A DNA stretch of 64,000 bases from assembly GCA_016187025.1 (NCBI GenBank), contig JACPKM010000001.1:171188-235187 (forward strand), written 5' to 3'. Shown one piece after another: positions 38,540 through 47,672 of this stretch. A program made the position numbers and the translations under genes. The stretch comes from Candidatus Daviesbacteria bacterium (GTDB lineage: Bacteria; Patescibacteriota; Microgenomatia; Daviesbacterales; UBA10151). Every line of letters starts with the position of its first letter. Position 1 is the first letter of the stretch. The notes below the pieces were generated by a model. It ran no database searches, was not told the DNA's origin, and saw only the letters and a program-made list of their open reading frames with translations.

Positions 38540-39151
38540 CTAAAAACCCCGTCTAGGAAATTGTAGGTGCTTATCTAAATAAATCATTTTAGCGAGTGCT
38601 GCATAATCTTTGACCGATGAGTGATTTGATTGGCGGCTCCTTACCTGTAACTCCTCGGCTACTAGTAGATAATAATCAAGTCTAATGGGTGCTGTTTTCG
38701 GATTTCTTGTTTCCAAATCTGCAAAGATTTTATTAATCATCATGTAAACATTTCTATCACTTACCCATGGAACTAGTGAAGGGACTAATATTAATCTTGA
38801 TTGTTCAAAGGTATCCATTGCTCTCTGAGCCTGCTCTAAACCCTCAGTATCAATTCTGTGAAAAAAGACAAACAAATCAGCTCTTCCTGATTCCAAAGGC
38901 CCATCTGTTAGAAGAATATTCAATCTGGAATCAGCAGCTGATAGATCGGGAAGAAGCTGTACTGAGGTTTTATGATAATCTTCTAATAAGCGTTGCAATT
39001 TTGGGAAATTATGTCTGGATAAATCAACAACACCTGTTCTTACGTCTAGATTTGATAAGAGGCATGCAACATTTGCTAAAGTGGTTGTTCACCCTAAACC
39101 ACCACGCTCACTAATAAAAGACACCGTTTGAGGGGTACGTTCTATATACAT
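38540..39151 (-). pseudogene. Divergent ParA/MinD-like ATPase with in-frame TGA at the Walker A Lys
   Basis: MYIERTPQTVSFISERGGLG*TTTLANVACLLSNLDVRTGVVDLS is in frame with ORF 38540-38998; Walker B-like ILLTDGP; TGA at 39091-39089. Confidence 0.7.
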
Positions 39152-39260
39152 AAGAGGGATTATATCAACAAATCAGATTAATATCAACTATAGGTTATTG
39201 TGAGCATTAGCAATTTTTTTGAAATTTCTTGCTTAGATAATCTCTGATACAATCTTATTT

Positions 39261-40004
39261 ATGGAATCAATCTGGATATTCATTGCAGCTTTTATTGCCA
39301 CAACTATAAGTGCCATGTCAGGAGGAGGTTCTTCAATAATTGCTGTTCCAATCTTTCTATCTATGGGAATTGTGTTGCCAATGGCCGTGGCGATACAATC
39401 CATAAGTGGTGTTTTTTGGGTGTTGCCGTCTGCATTTAATTATTTAAAGGGAAGAAAAATTGAGTGGATGTTTTTACTCCTTTTTGCAGGGATTGGAACA
39501 ATTGGTTCTTACTTCGGCGCACTTGCTATCACAAGTTTTGACCAAAAGCCCCTCGCGGCAATAGTCGGGCTGCTTATTTTATTTCTCATTGGATTCATGA
39601 ACTACCAAAAAAACCTTGGGTTACAAGAGCAACATGTTAGGTCAAAGTTTAAGGAAAGGCTTGCATACGTTTTCTCCTTCCCAATGGGATTTTATGAAGG
39701 ATTTTTTGGGTCAGGAAACGGCATTTTCTTTACGCTTGTTACAGCGTATACCAAGGGCTTTGATTTTATTGACGCGCTTGGCTATTACTATGCGGTTGCT
39801 TTTCCATGGGTTGTTGTTGGAGCACTTGTGTTGATCTCGAAGGGGTATTTTGATCTCTCGTTAATGGTGCCAGCAGTCTTAGGTTCTCTTGTTGGTGGTT
39901 ATATTGGATCTAAATATGCAAGATTGAAAGGAAATAAGTTTGTTAAAATAACTTTTACAATAATCGGTATTATTCTTGGTCTTAAACTATTATTAGGAAT
40001 ATAA
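39261..40004 (+). CDS. Sulfite exporter TauE/SafE family
   Basis: SGGGSSIIAVP, GFYEGFFGSGNG, about 8 TMs. Confidence 0.85.
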   Translation: MESIWIFIAAFIATTISAMSGGGSSIIAVPIFLSMGIVLPMAVAIQSISGVFWVLPSAFNYLKGRKIEWMFLLLFAGIGTIGSYFGALAITSFDQKPLAAIVGLLILFLIGFMNYQKNLGLQEQHVRSKFKERLAYVFSFPMGFYEGFFGSGNGIFFTLVTAYTKGFDFIDALGYYYAVAFPWVVVGALVLISKGYFDLSLMVPAVLGSLVGGYIGSKYARLKGNKFVKITFTIIGIILGLKLLLGI

Positions 40005-40135
40005 TTTAAGAGTAAACCCAATTTACACCTTTTCTCTAACCCCTTAATTTCTCTTATCATCTTTAATCTCACTGCAAGATTACAGGAAGCGTAAGCAACT
40101 ATCCTACAACCCAACTTTTTGCTAAAATATTTTAG

Positions 40136-40573
40136 ATGAATACTCCAATATGTGGTTTGTGCGGGAAGAAAAGTAAACTTGTAAAAACCGACTGCTGTAA
40201 TAACTGGATCTGTAACGATGAAGGTAAATATGTGATTTTTTCGTATGCCAGAAATAGTTGCTCACGTAATCATCGGCGATTCACACTTTGTGGATATCAT
40301 AACACCGAGGATCACAAAAGCAACTGGAAAACATGTAAAAAGTGTGCTAATAGTTTTGATGCTGAAGATTATGCTTGGTACGGAACAAATGAATATAACT
40401 TCGAAAAGCTTCCTGACCCGCCTAAATTTGATCCGACCTATTGCTCTTTGTGCGGGGTTATAATCAACCGTGGAGAAGACGGATATACGCGACTACCCGA
40501 TGGGAAATTTCTGTGCGAATCGTGCGGATGGAAACATATGAATGAGCAAATAAAAGATGTTGAGAAGATATGA
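40136..40573 (+). CDS. Cys/His-rich hypothetical protein (probable metal-binding)
   Basis: CGLCG, CCNNWIC, CKKC, CSLC, CESC. Confidence 0.75.
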   Translation: MNTPICGLCGKKSKLVKTDCCNNWICNDEGKYVIFSYARNSCSRNHRRFTLCGYHNTEDHKSNWKTCKKCANSFDAEDYAWYGTNEYNFEKLPDPPKFDPTYCSLCGVIINRGEDGYTRLPDGKFLCESCGWKHMNEQIKDVEKI

Positions 40574-41565
40574 AAAAAGAAATTAAAAAATCGCAAATTG
40601 CCATTTACCAGGTAATTGGCGATAAGCAAAAAATCCGAGTCAGAATTGAAGACGAGAATGTGTGGCTGACGCAAAAATTAATAGCTGAGCTTTTTGATGT
40701 TGATGTGCGTACGGTGAACGAACATTTAAAAAATATATTTTCGGAGGTAGAACTGGATGAAAGTTCAGTTATCCGGAAATTCCGGATAACTGCCGATGAT
40801 GGTAAGACATATGACACAAAACATTATAATTTAGATACGATTTTGGCAGTTGGTTATCGTGTGCGATCTGAGCAGGGAACGCAGTTTCGCAAATGGGCAA
40901 CAGAAAGACTGCGGGAATATCTTATCAAAGGGTTTACACTGGATGACGAACGACTTAAGCAAGGTGGTGGCAGGGCTCGTTACTTTCAGGAATTACTGCA
41001 GCGGGTACGTGATATCCGTAGCAGTGAGCGGATGTTTTATCAGAAAGTAACAGATATTTACGCAACGAGCATTGATTATAAACAAGAGGCACAGCTTACT
41101 CAGAAGTTTTTTGCTACAGTGCAGAATAAAATGCACTTTGCAGTACACGGACATACGGCAGCCGAGATTATAAATAAGCGAGTGGATAGTAAAAAACCAT
41201 TGATGGGTCTGATGAGTTTTAAAAGCGATTATATAACCGCTGACGATATAGTAGTGGCTAAAAATTATTTAAGTGAAAATGAACTCAATCAATTAAATAT
41301 GATCGTTTCGCTATATATTGATTTTGCGGAGTTGCAAGCAAGCAGCGGCCGTCTTATGAAAATGCAGGATTGGATCAACAAACTGGACGAGTTTTTAGCT
41401 ATTAGTGAAAAGAAATTACTTCACAGTTCCGGCAGGGTGAGCGCAAAACAGGCAGAAAAGAAAGCATTGGTGGAATATGAGAAGTATCGCAGAGAACGGG
41501 ATGGAAAATATATTTCAGATTTCGACCGCGAAGTGAAAAAACTTTTGAAGAGAGCAAGGAAATAA
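40570..41565 (+). CDS. RhuM-family (virulence protein-like) DNA-binding protein
   Basis: VWLTQKLIAELF, YNLDTILAVGYRVRS, FRKWAT, KGFTLDDERLK, VQNKMHFA. Confidence 0.9.
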   Translation: MKKEIKKSQIAIYQVIGDKQKIRVRIEDENVWLTQKLIAELFDVDVRTVNEHLKNIFSEVELDESSVIRKFRITADDGKTYDTKHYNLDTILAVGYRVRSEQGTQFRKWATERLREYLIKGFTLDDERLKQGGGRARYFQELLQRVRDIRSSERMFYQKVTDIYATSIDYKQEAQLTQKFFATVQNKMHFAVHGHTAAEIINKRVDSKKPLMGLMSFKSDYITADDIVVAKNYLSENELNQLNMIVSLYIDFAELQASSGRLMKMQDWINKLDEFLAISEKKLLHSSGRVSAKQAEKKALVEYEKYRRERDGKYISDFDREVKKLLKRARK

Positions 41566-41579
41566 ATGATTAAATTATC

Positions 41580-41618
41580 GGTGAAATCCCACCCGGAGGG
41601 TGTATTAGCTTGACACCT
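41580..41618. repeat. REP-like repeat, copy 2
   Basis: GGTGAAATCCCACCCGGAGGGTGTATTAGCTTGACACCT. Confidence 0.75.
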
Positions 41619-41619
41619 G

Positions 41620-41679
41620 TCATCTTATCGCTGCAGTTTCATCACAACTGGTTTCAACCCCTAAAATTATTTTGTACAT
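41620..41679 (-). pseudogene. 5' stub of a second, diverged tsaD
   Basis: Translates MYKIILGVETSCDETAAIR*; 31/32 nt identical to the intact tsaD across the start and upstream TAAAATTCAGCTT. Confidence 0.85.
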
Positions 41680-41970
41680 AAGCTGAATTTTATTAGATAG
41701 CTGCAAGTTACTGACGGACAACTTTACTTATTGGTGATTCTTTTTCTGTCATGGTCATGTTGCAGATTATATCAGAGAGCAATAGTCTTACCAAATGCAA
41801 TCATCAGGGGAGGCCTTTTGTGCAACGATTATAGGGCAAAATCTGGGAGTTCTCAAGCAAGCACTATGAAATAGGATTAAAGCTAAATTTAATCGCTAAT
41901 TCAGGTGGAAGTTGTGGGTATGTTTATCAATGTCTGGACGAAGAGCAAAAATCCTGATAAATTACCTTTC

Positions 41971-42381
41971 ATGTCGCAATTAGAACAATTAGGACTATAT
42001 ACTTTTGATTTTGAAGAAGTACATGGAGATACTCCTCCTGGTCAAGAAATTTTGCCTCAAGAGTATCTACTCGGTACCCCAAATCCTAAAACTCTAATCA
42101 AACAAGCCGGAATGAGACTTTACCGCCATCTTTGGCATACAGATGAAGTAGATTTATTAACAGATGCTCAAAAAAGAGGTAAAGATGTGGTAGCTTATGT
42201 GGCCTCACATGGTAATGTGTTGATGATTGCAGTTGGTGCAGCAGCTTTGGCTGTAGTAATCTACAATGGTTTTGTTTTTTATAAACATCATAGAGAAGAA
42301 AAGGAGCAAAAAGCATTACCTTCTCCAAAACCCCTTGCGCCTACACCACTGCCCTTAGCAAGAAGAATCAGAGAGCGTTAA
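41971..42381 (+). CDS. Hypothetical single-pass membrane protein
   Basis: One TM (VLMIAVGAAALAVVIY); start placed at ATG 41971. Confidence 0.55.
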   Translation: MSQLEQLGLYTFDFEEVHGDTPPGQEILPQEYLLGTPNPKTLIKQAGMRLYRHLWHTDEVDLLTDAQKRGKDVVAYVASHGNVLMIAVGAAALAVVIYNGFVFYKHHREEKEQKALPSPKPLAPTPLPLARRIRER

Positions 42382-42423
42382 TTTCTCCTGAGTAATTCAG
42401 GTTATCAGTCTACTGAAGTAAAT

Positions 42424-42672
42424 TTATACAGGTTTAGGAACTAATTTACCAAATGAAACAGCTGGCTTAACAACTGGTTGAGCTTTCCTTATACCTTTAC
42501 CCATCTCCCATAACTCTAACCATAGAATTCTTTCTACTTGATCATCCCTACCTATCCCTTTCAAAGCGGATAATAGTACCAACGGGATATCTTGTAGCAA
42601 CAAACAACTCTCCTTCTGCCAATATTCTGGTGCGAGTCTATAATCACCTGCCTCTAATCTAGCCACGGACAT
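42424..42672 (-). CDS. Small hypothetical protein
   Basis: 82-aa ORF from ATG 42672. Confidence 0.45.
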   Translation of the reverse strand: MSVARLEAGDYRLAPEYWQKESCLLLQDIPLVLLSALKGIGRDDQVERILWLELWEMGKGIRKAQPVVKPAVSFGKLVPKPV

Positions 42673-42710
42673 ATTTATACACATTTTATAGATTTTAAAC
42701 AAATTAGAAT

Positions 42711-42768
42711 GAAATCCCACCTGGTGAAATCCCACCTGGGAGGTGGATAGCCTGGCACCTAGGGATTT
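42711..42768. repeat. REP-like repeat, copy 3 with partial tandem duplication
   Basis: GAAATCCCACCTGGT GAAATCCCACCTGGGAGGTGGATAGCCTGGCACCTAGGGATTT. Confidence 0.75.
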
Positions 42769-42818
42769 TGGGAATTGTTTGTATTTAAATCTTTGTAGCT
42801 TTACCTTATACTTCCTTT

Positions 42819-43679
42819 ATGATCAAAAACAGCAATAATCATTCAATTGAGCTAAAAGATGGCAGAAGATTAGGGTATGCAGAGTTTGGAGATAGAGACG
42901 GAAAACCGTTGTTTTTCTTTCACGGCTGGCCAAGCTCAAGGTTACACGGCCAAAGGTTTGAAGAAGCTGCAAGGAAGCTTAAAGTAAGGATCATATCTTT
43001 AGATAGACCCGGGTTTGGATTATCTGATTATAAAAAAGACCGCACACTTTTGGATTTTCCAAAAGATGTTTTAGAGCTTGCAGATTATTTAAAGATTACA
43101 AAGTTTGCCATTTTAGGTGTTTCTGGCGGCGGACCATATGCAGCCAGTTGTGCATATAGTATCCCGCAAAGAATTGCCAAAGCAGGTATTATGGTGGGAC
43201 TTGGGCCAACAAATATTAAAGGAAATTTAGATGGAATAGGTTTAGTAAATAAATTTGGCTGGGCAAATTATCACAAATTTCCTCTATTAAGATATATATC
43301 CTCATTTTTAGGATGGTTTGAAACAAAGTTTTTGAAAACTAACCTTTACTCACTATTTATCTCTAGATCCGATAAATTGTTAACAACAGACTCTTTTAAG
43401 GAGTTAACCTACATGTCTAGACTGGAAGCTTTTAAACAGGGTTTTAAAGCAGCAGCCTTAGATCTAAAGCTTTATACAGACAACTGGGGCTTTGATTTGA
43501 AAAAGATTAAGGTACCGGTATTGTTATGGTTTGGGGATTCAGATAAAAGTGTTTCTGTTAATATGGGAAAATACTTTGCATCCCAAATCCCCAATAGTAA
43601 ACTTACCATTTACCATAAAGAAGGCCACTATCTTCATGTCAATCATGCAGAGCAAATATTAAAACAGTTGACCCAGTAG
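42819..43679 (+). CDS. Alpha/beta hydrolase
   Basis: FFHGWPSSR, DRPGFGLS, GVSGGGPYA, WFGDSD, EGH. Confidence 0.9.
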   Translation: MIKNSNNHSIELKDGRRLGYAEFGDRDGKPLFFFHGWPSSRLHGQRFEEAARKLKVRIISLDRPGFGLSDYKKDRTLLDFPKDVLELADYLKITKFAILGVSGGGPYAASCAYSIPQRIAKAGIMVGLGPTNIKGNLDGIGLVNKFGWANYHKFPLLRYISSFLGWFETKFLKTNLYSLFISRSDKLLTTDSFKELTYMSRLEAFKQGFKAAALDLKLYTDNWGFDLKKIKVPVLLWFGDSDKSVSVNMGKYFASQIPNSKLTIYHKEGHYLHVNHAEQILKQLTQ

Positions 43680-43742
43680 GAAACAGATCTCCCAAAATAA
43701 TATTTGACAAATTCTTTGTATTGTTATAAACTTATCCTTGTT

Positions 43743-43988
43743 ATGCAAACAACAATATCAATTACCAGTAAATGGCAGATTCATATTCCCAAGGCTGCAA
43801 GAGAGGCTTTGGGGCTTAAAAAACCCGGTATGGTAGAGTTAAAGTCCAAAAAAGGAGAAATCATTATCACCCCCCGCAAAAAAGGTATTTTACATTACGC
43901 CGGTAAATATCATTATTTGATTAATAAGAAAACAAAGAAGATTAATATAGATAAGATCAGGGACTATATTGATTATTCTGATCTATGA
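43743..43988 (+). CDS. AbrB/MazE/SpoVT antitoxin
   Basis: ITSKWQIHIPKAAREALGL; overlaps PIN gene; TTGACA upstream. Confidence 0.85.
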   Translation: MQTTISITSKWQIHIPKAAREALGLKKPGMVELKSKKGEIIITPRKKGILHYAGKYHYLINKKTKKINIDKIRDYIDYSDL

Positions 43989-44401
43989 AGAAAGTTTTTA
44001 TAGACACCAATTTATGGGTCAGATTTTTTATTTGTGATATTAAAGATCAATTTGAGGTAACAAAAAAACTTTTGGAGAATATAGAAGAAGGGAGTTTTAA
44101 AGCCTACACCTCAACCATTGTTCTTCTGGAACTGCAGTTTGTTCTGCAAAGACTCTATCATCTTTCTTTTGAGGGTATACTTGATGTTTTTGATATAGTA
44201 CGGAAAACACGTAATATCACCATAATTGAAAAAACTAATTTTGATTTGGCATTAAAATTCTATCAGCAACATAAAATCAAGTTTCCTGACTGTTTGATCG
44301 CCTCGCAACTACCCAAAGATGCTACTCTAATCAGTTTTGATGAAGAGTTAGGTAAAATTTCAGAAGTTATCACAAAAAAACCGCAGGATTTACTAAATTA
44401 G
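43985..44401 (+). CDS. PIN-domain (VapC) toxin
   Basis: VFIDTN, VLLE, FPDCLIA, ISFD. Confidence 0.9.
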   Translation: MKKVFIDTNLWVRFFICDIKDQFEVTKKLLENIEEGSFKAYTSTIVLLELQFVLQRLYHLSFEGILDVFDIVRKTRNITIIEKTNFDLALKFYQQHKIKFPDCLIASQLPKDATLISFDEELGKISEVITKKPQDLLN

Positions 44402-44596
44402 CTTCTTTTCCATTGATCAGAGTGGGGGTTTGGTTGTAGGAAAAACTTTATCTCCTAATGAGGTTATTGTACTACGAACCTCTGTTCCCACTCAAAACTT
44501 AGCTGAGATACAAAGAAGATCTAACTCGTTATAAAAACCCTAGCCGCAGCTTAAGTTACCTATTGTGGTATACTCCAGCAATAAAATTAAAGTACT

Positions 44597-45178
44597 ATGG
44601 ATGAACGCTTAAGATCGGCTCCTCCTAAAGGATCAATACCCGAGAGTACATCACTTGATCAGCTCAGACAGCAGGAAAGAGCAGGCCGAGTGTCAGGATT
44701 TACACCCAGGAGGCCAATTAGATCAGGAACATCAGAGCCTGAATTTCGCTTCGATCCTGGACAACATAGATTTCCAACTGATTTAGCAATAAGATCAACT
44801 TTTCAGGATAGACCTGCAATAGAAAAATTAAATTTTTGGGCGGATGTAGTTGCTTGCGGTGATCGTCTATCTGTAGTTTTAGGGTTTAATGGGGTTAGTT
44901 TAGGGCAGGGCCCTTTTTGGAGAGGACGGGTTAATGATCCATTAATTAGCGCTGCTTGTTTTACGCCAGTAGAGCTTGAGGGAAGGAGGGCTACATTATG
45001 GTTGGTCGTAACAGGAGATATTATTGAAGCAACAGTCATACCAACCCGCAGACGCGATGGTCCTCCTCGTGGAGGAGAGTTGTATGTAGATGTATTAACA
45101 GCCGAATACGATCCAGCCAAAATGGCTGTTTCCAAACGAGATGGTCGGGTATACGCCGGCTTCGAACGCTGTAGCTAG
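44597..45178 (+). CDS. Hypothetical protein
   Basis: 193-aa Arg/Pro-rich ORF. Confidence 0.55.
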   Translation: MDERLRSAPPKGSIPESTSLDQLRQQERAGRVSGFTPRRPIRSGTSEPEFRFDPGQHRFPTDLAIRSTFQDRPAIEKLNFWADVVACGDRLSVVLGFNGVSLGQGPFWRGRVNDPLISAACFTPVELEGRRATLWLVVTGDIIEATVIPTRRRDGPPRGGELYVDVLTAEYDPAKMAVSKRDGRVYAGFERCS

Positions 45179-45247
45179 TATAATTCTCTTAAGTAATTTT
45201 TACCAAGTTTTATCTAATTCCTAATACTTAAAGCATATATAGTCTTC

Positions 45248-46084
45248 ATGGATCTTAAAAATTATGGTTATTTTGGGCCGGATAGCATGGCTTGGAGGGT
45301 TTGGCGGGAAAGGATTCAGCTTTTAGGCGGGAGCAGAGCGATTATTCTGCAGCTTTCCCACCCTTTAGTAGCAGCAGGGGTGGCAAAATATTCAAGCTTT
45401 CAAAAAGACCCTTTAGGCAGGCTTAACAGGACTTTAGATATTATGCAAACTATAGTATTTGGCAGCAAATCAGAAGCTGATGCAGCTTTAGAAAAACTAG
45501 ACCATGTCCACAAACATGTTAAAGGGGTACTCCCGCATAAGATGGGCAAGTTTGATAAAGGGACCTATTATAAGGCAAATGATCCGTATTTAAAGTTGTG
45601 GGTGCACGCTACCTTAATAGATACCAGCCTATTAGTCCATGAGCTTTTTGTTAAATATTTATCTAAAAGCGAAAAAGAGCAGTTTTATACAGAGAGCAAG
45701 TTACTGGCAGAGCTTTTAGGGGTTTCTAAAAATATTATCCCCCAAAAATTAGAAGATCTCCTAGGCTATATGTATGATATGTATAAAAAAAAGGTGATAG
45801 TACCAACTCTAGAGTCCAAACAAGAGGTAGAGGATATATTGGACCCCAAGATACCCTTAGGGCTCAAACCAGCCTTACCCTTTGTAAAGTTTATTACCTC
45901 CGGGTTGTTGCCAAGTTTTTTGCGTGAGGGCTACGGATTAAAATGGGAAAAATCTGATGAGTTAAAACTAAAAGGTGTGGCAAAAGCGGTGCGTACGCTC
46001 CTGCCTTTTGTTCCGGAGCAGATCAGGTTTACTCCATATTACAGATCAGCTTTCAGCTCTCGCTCATTGCCCCATATAATTTAG
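45248..46084 (+). CDS. Oxygenase MpaB/DUF2236 family protein
   Basis: GYFGPDSMAWRV, LQLSHPLVAAGV, DPLGRL, YKANDP..WVHATL. Confidence 0.85.
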   Translation: MDLKNYGYFGPDSMAWRVWRERIQLLGGSRAIILQLSHPLVAAGVAKYSSFQKDPLGRLNRTLDIMQTIVFGSKSEADAALEKLDHVHKHVKGVLPHKMGKFDKGTYYKANDPYLKLWVHATLIDTSLLVHELFVKYLSKSEKEQFYTESKLLAELLGVSKNIIPQKLEDLLGYMYDMYKKKVIVPTLESKQEVEDILDPKIPLGLKPALPFVKFITSGLLPSFLREGYGLKWEKSDELKLKGVAKAVRTLLPFVPEQIRFTPYYRSAFSSRSLPHII

Positions 46085-46133
46085 TGAAGTTTATTACTGA
46101 TATATTTGCAGAAATCATTTTACTATTAAATTA

Positions 46134-46850
46134 GTGAGAAGGTTTCATCTTATACTGACAGGACTTTCTTTAAATATTATCCTTTTATCTTTAAATAGGT
46201 TAACTGAGTTTACTCAAGGTTATCTTCAGCCCTTTGAGTTTTTAAGGTGGTTGGATTTTAATGCCATGCTACCTATACCACTTTTGTCTGTTTTACTCTA
46301 CTATCTTTTAAGAAAAGAGGTGCTTTATGACAGCCCTTTTTCTAAATCCACTCTTTATATAATTTTAGCTTTAATTTTTATTGCCGGGGTGTACTTTTTT
46401 GGAGCAGGATCAGGTGACCATGAGGTGACAAACTATCTAAACAGTAGGTTTTGTCAGGCTGGCAGGGTAGATAGCCCGATCTGCAATATCATCTCTTTTA
46501 ATGATGACCAGTTTAGCCACTATGTTTATTATTTAGGTTTTGTACTTTTAAATATCTCCTTGATGTTTTTAGAGCACTTTTATCCAAGAAAAGATAGTGT
46601 TTTTAAAATAGATTTAATACTGATTGTTGCAAATAGTCTTTTTATAGCTGCTGGGATTTTTGCCAACCTGGCTTTCGAGGAGGCAGTTATTGATCTGGTT
46701 GTTTTCTCATCGGTCATGATTCTGGCTCTTTACCTGCTTATTTTTACCCAAAGAAAGCTTACCTGGCTGCCGGTGACGTTTTATTTTGCCTTATCTTATA
46801 CACTAGGGGTGTTAGCAACATTATTATATAAACTTAGCAACCTTTTTTAA
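46134..46850 (+). CDS. Multi-pass membrane hypothetical protein
   Basis: About 7 TMs with HE..N and DD..SH motifs. Confidence 0.65.
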   Translation: MRRFHLILTGLSLNIILLSLNRLTEFTQGYLQPFEFLRWLDFNAMLPIPLLSVLLYYLLRKEVLYDSPFSKSTLYIILALIFIAGVYFFGAGSGDHEVTNYLNSRFCQAGRVDSPICNIISFNDDQFSHYVYYLGFVLLNISLMFLEHFYPRKDSVFKIDLILIVANSLFIAAGIFANLAFEEAVIDLVVFSSVMILALYLLIFTQRKLTWLPVTFYFALSYTLGVLATLLYKLSNLF

Positions 46851-46919
46851 GATCAATTTTTAAATCTTGGCTATTGCTTTAATGTAATCTCAGTCTTACA
46901 ATCTTTTCTAACTTAAACT

Positions 46920-47621
46920 ATGGCTGAAACAGTATTGAGCAGAACAGATACCCTTTCCTATTTATTTAAAGCTTCCTACGGCATATTTAATAGAGCAATG
47001 GACATTCTTAATGGTCCTCAAAGAGGGGAAATGTCTGCAGAAAGAGGTTTAGCAGATCCAGCTTGGGGCCAATATGGAAGGCTGGCTATGGATGGGTTTA
47101 GGTTTACCTATCAACAAGGACGCGACGGCGCTGACCCCTTAAGGTTTTTGAGAGCTACTACCAGACCAGGCGAGATGCCCCAAGTGCATAAACAAGAAAG
47201 AGGTAACACAGGTACTTTTCCTGCTGATGTTGCTCCCCCAAACCTTCACAGAGTTAGCAGGGCGTTAGAGATTTTTTACCACTCTTTGGCAACACTTTCC
47301 GTATTAAGTAGCAGGGGAAGGGTGCGTTTGGGTGATTTTCATACGGCCGGAGTTTTTGATGATGAGAGAGGTGATGTTTTTAGAGTCTTTACTGACTGGC
47401 AGAGAAACTACACCGGTGAAGGGCTATGGGGTACATTAAAAGCCCTTGATCATACGGTCAGGTTAGTTTTGCTTTCCCCTGAGCTTGTAACTACCCCAGC
47501 AGATCATTACCGGGTTTATGAAGCTGCTTGCTTTTTTGCAGCAGGAAGGCAACTCCTTACTAATCCCAGGATAGAGGAAAGTGAACGGGAGATGGTAAAA
47601 AGAATGTTGGGGAAAAGATAA
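46920..47621 (+). CDS. Hypothetical protein
   Basis: 233-aa ORF, no motif recognised. Confidence 0.6.
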   Translation: MAETVLSRTDTLSYLFKASYGIFNRAMDILNGPQRGEMSAERGLADPAWGQYGRLAMDGFRFTYQQGRDGADPLRFLRATTRPGEMPQVHKQERGNTGTFPADVAPPNLHRVSRALEIFYHSLATLSVLSSRGRVRLGDFHTAGVFDDERGDVFRVFTDWQRNYTGEGLWGTLKALDHTVRLVLLSPELVTTPADHYRVYEAACFFAAGRQLLTNPRIEESEREMVKRMLGKR

Positions 47622-47672
47622 TAGTAGGAAAATAATCTTTCCTATTGAACTAAAGCTGCTAATAGTTGTACT

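Noticed and set aside
39089-39091. UGA-to-Gly recoding (code 25) explaining the in-frame TGA
   Set aside because: TGA terminates many intact genes here (e.g. 9304, 17758, 24988, 53637) and conserved genes have no internal TGA
38455-42768. CRISPR array from the ~35-bp repeats
   Set aside because: Copies are degenerate and kilobases apart, with no regular spacers and no cas1/cas2
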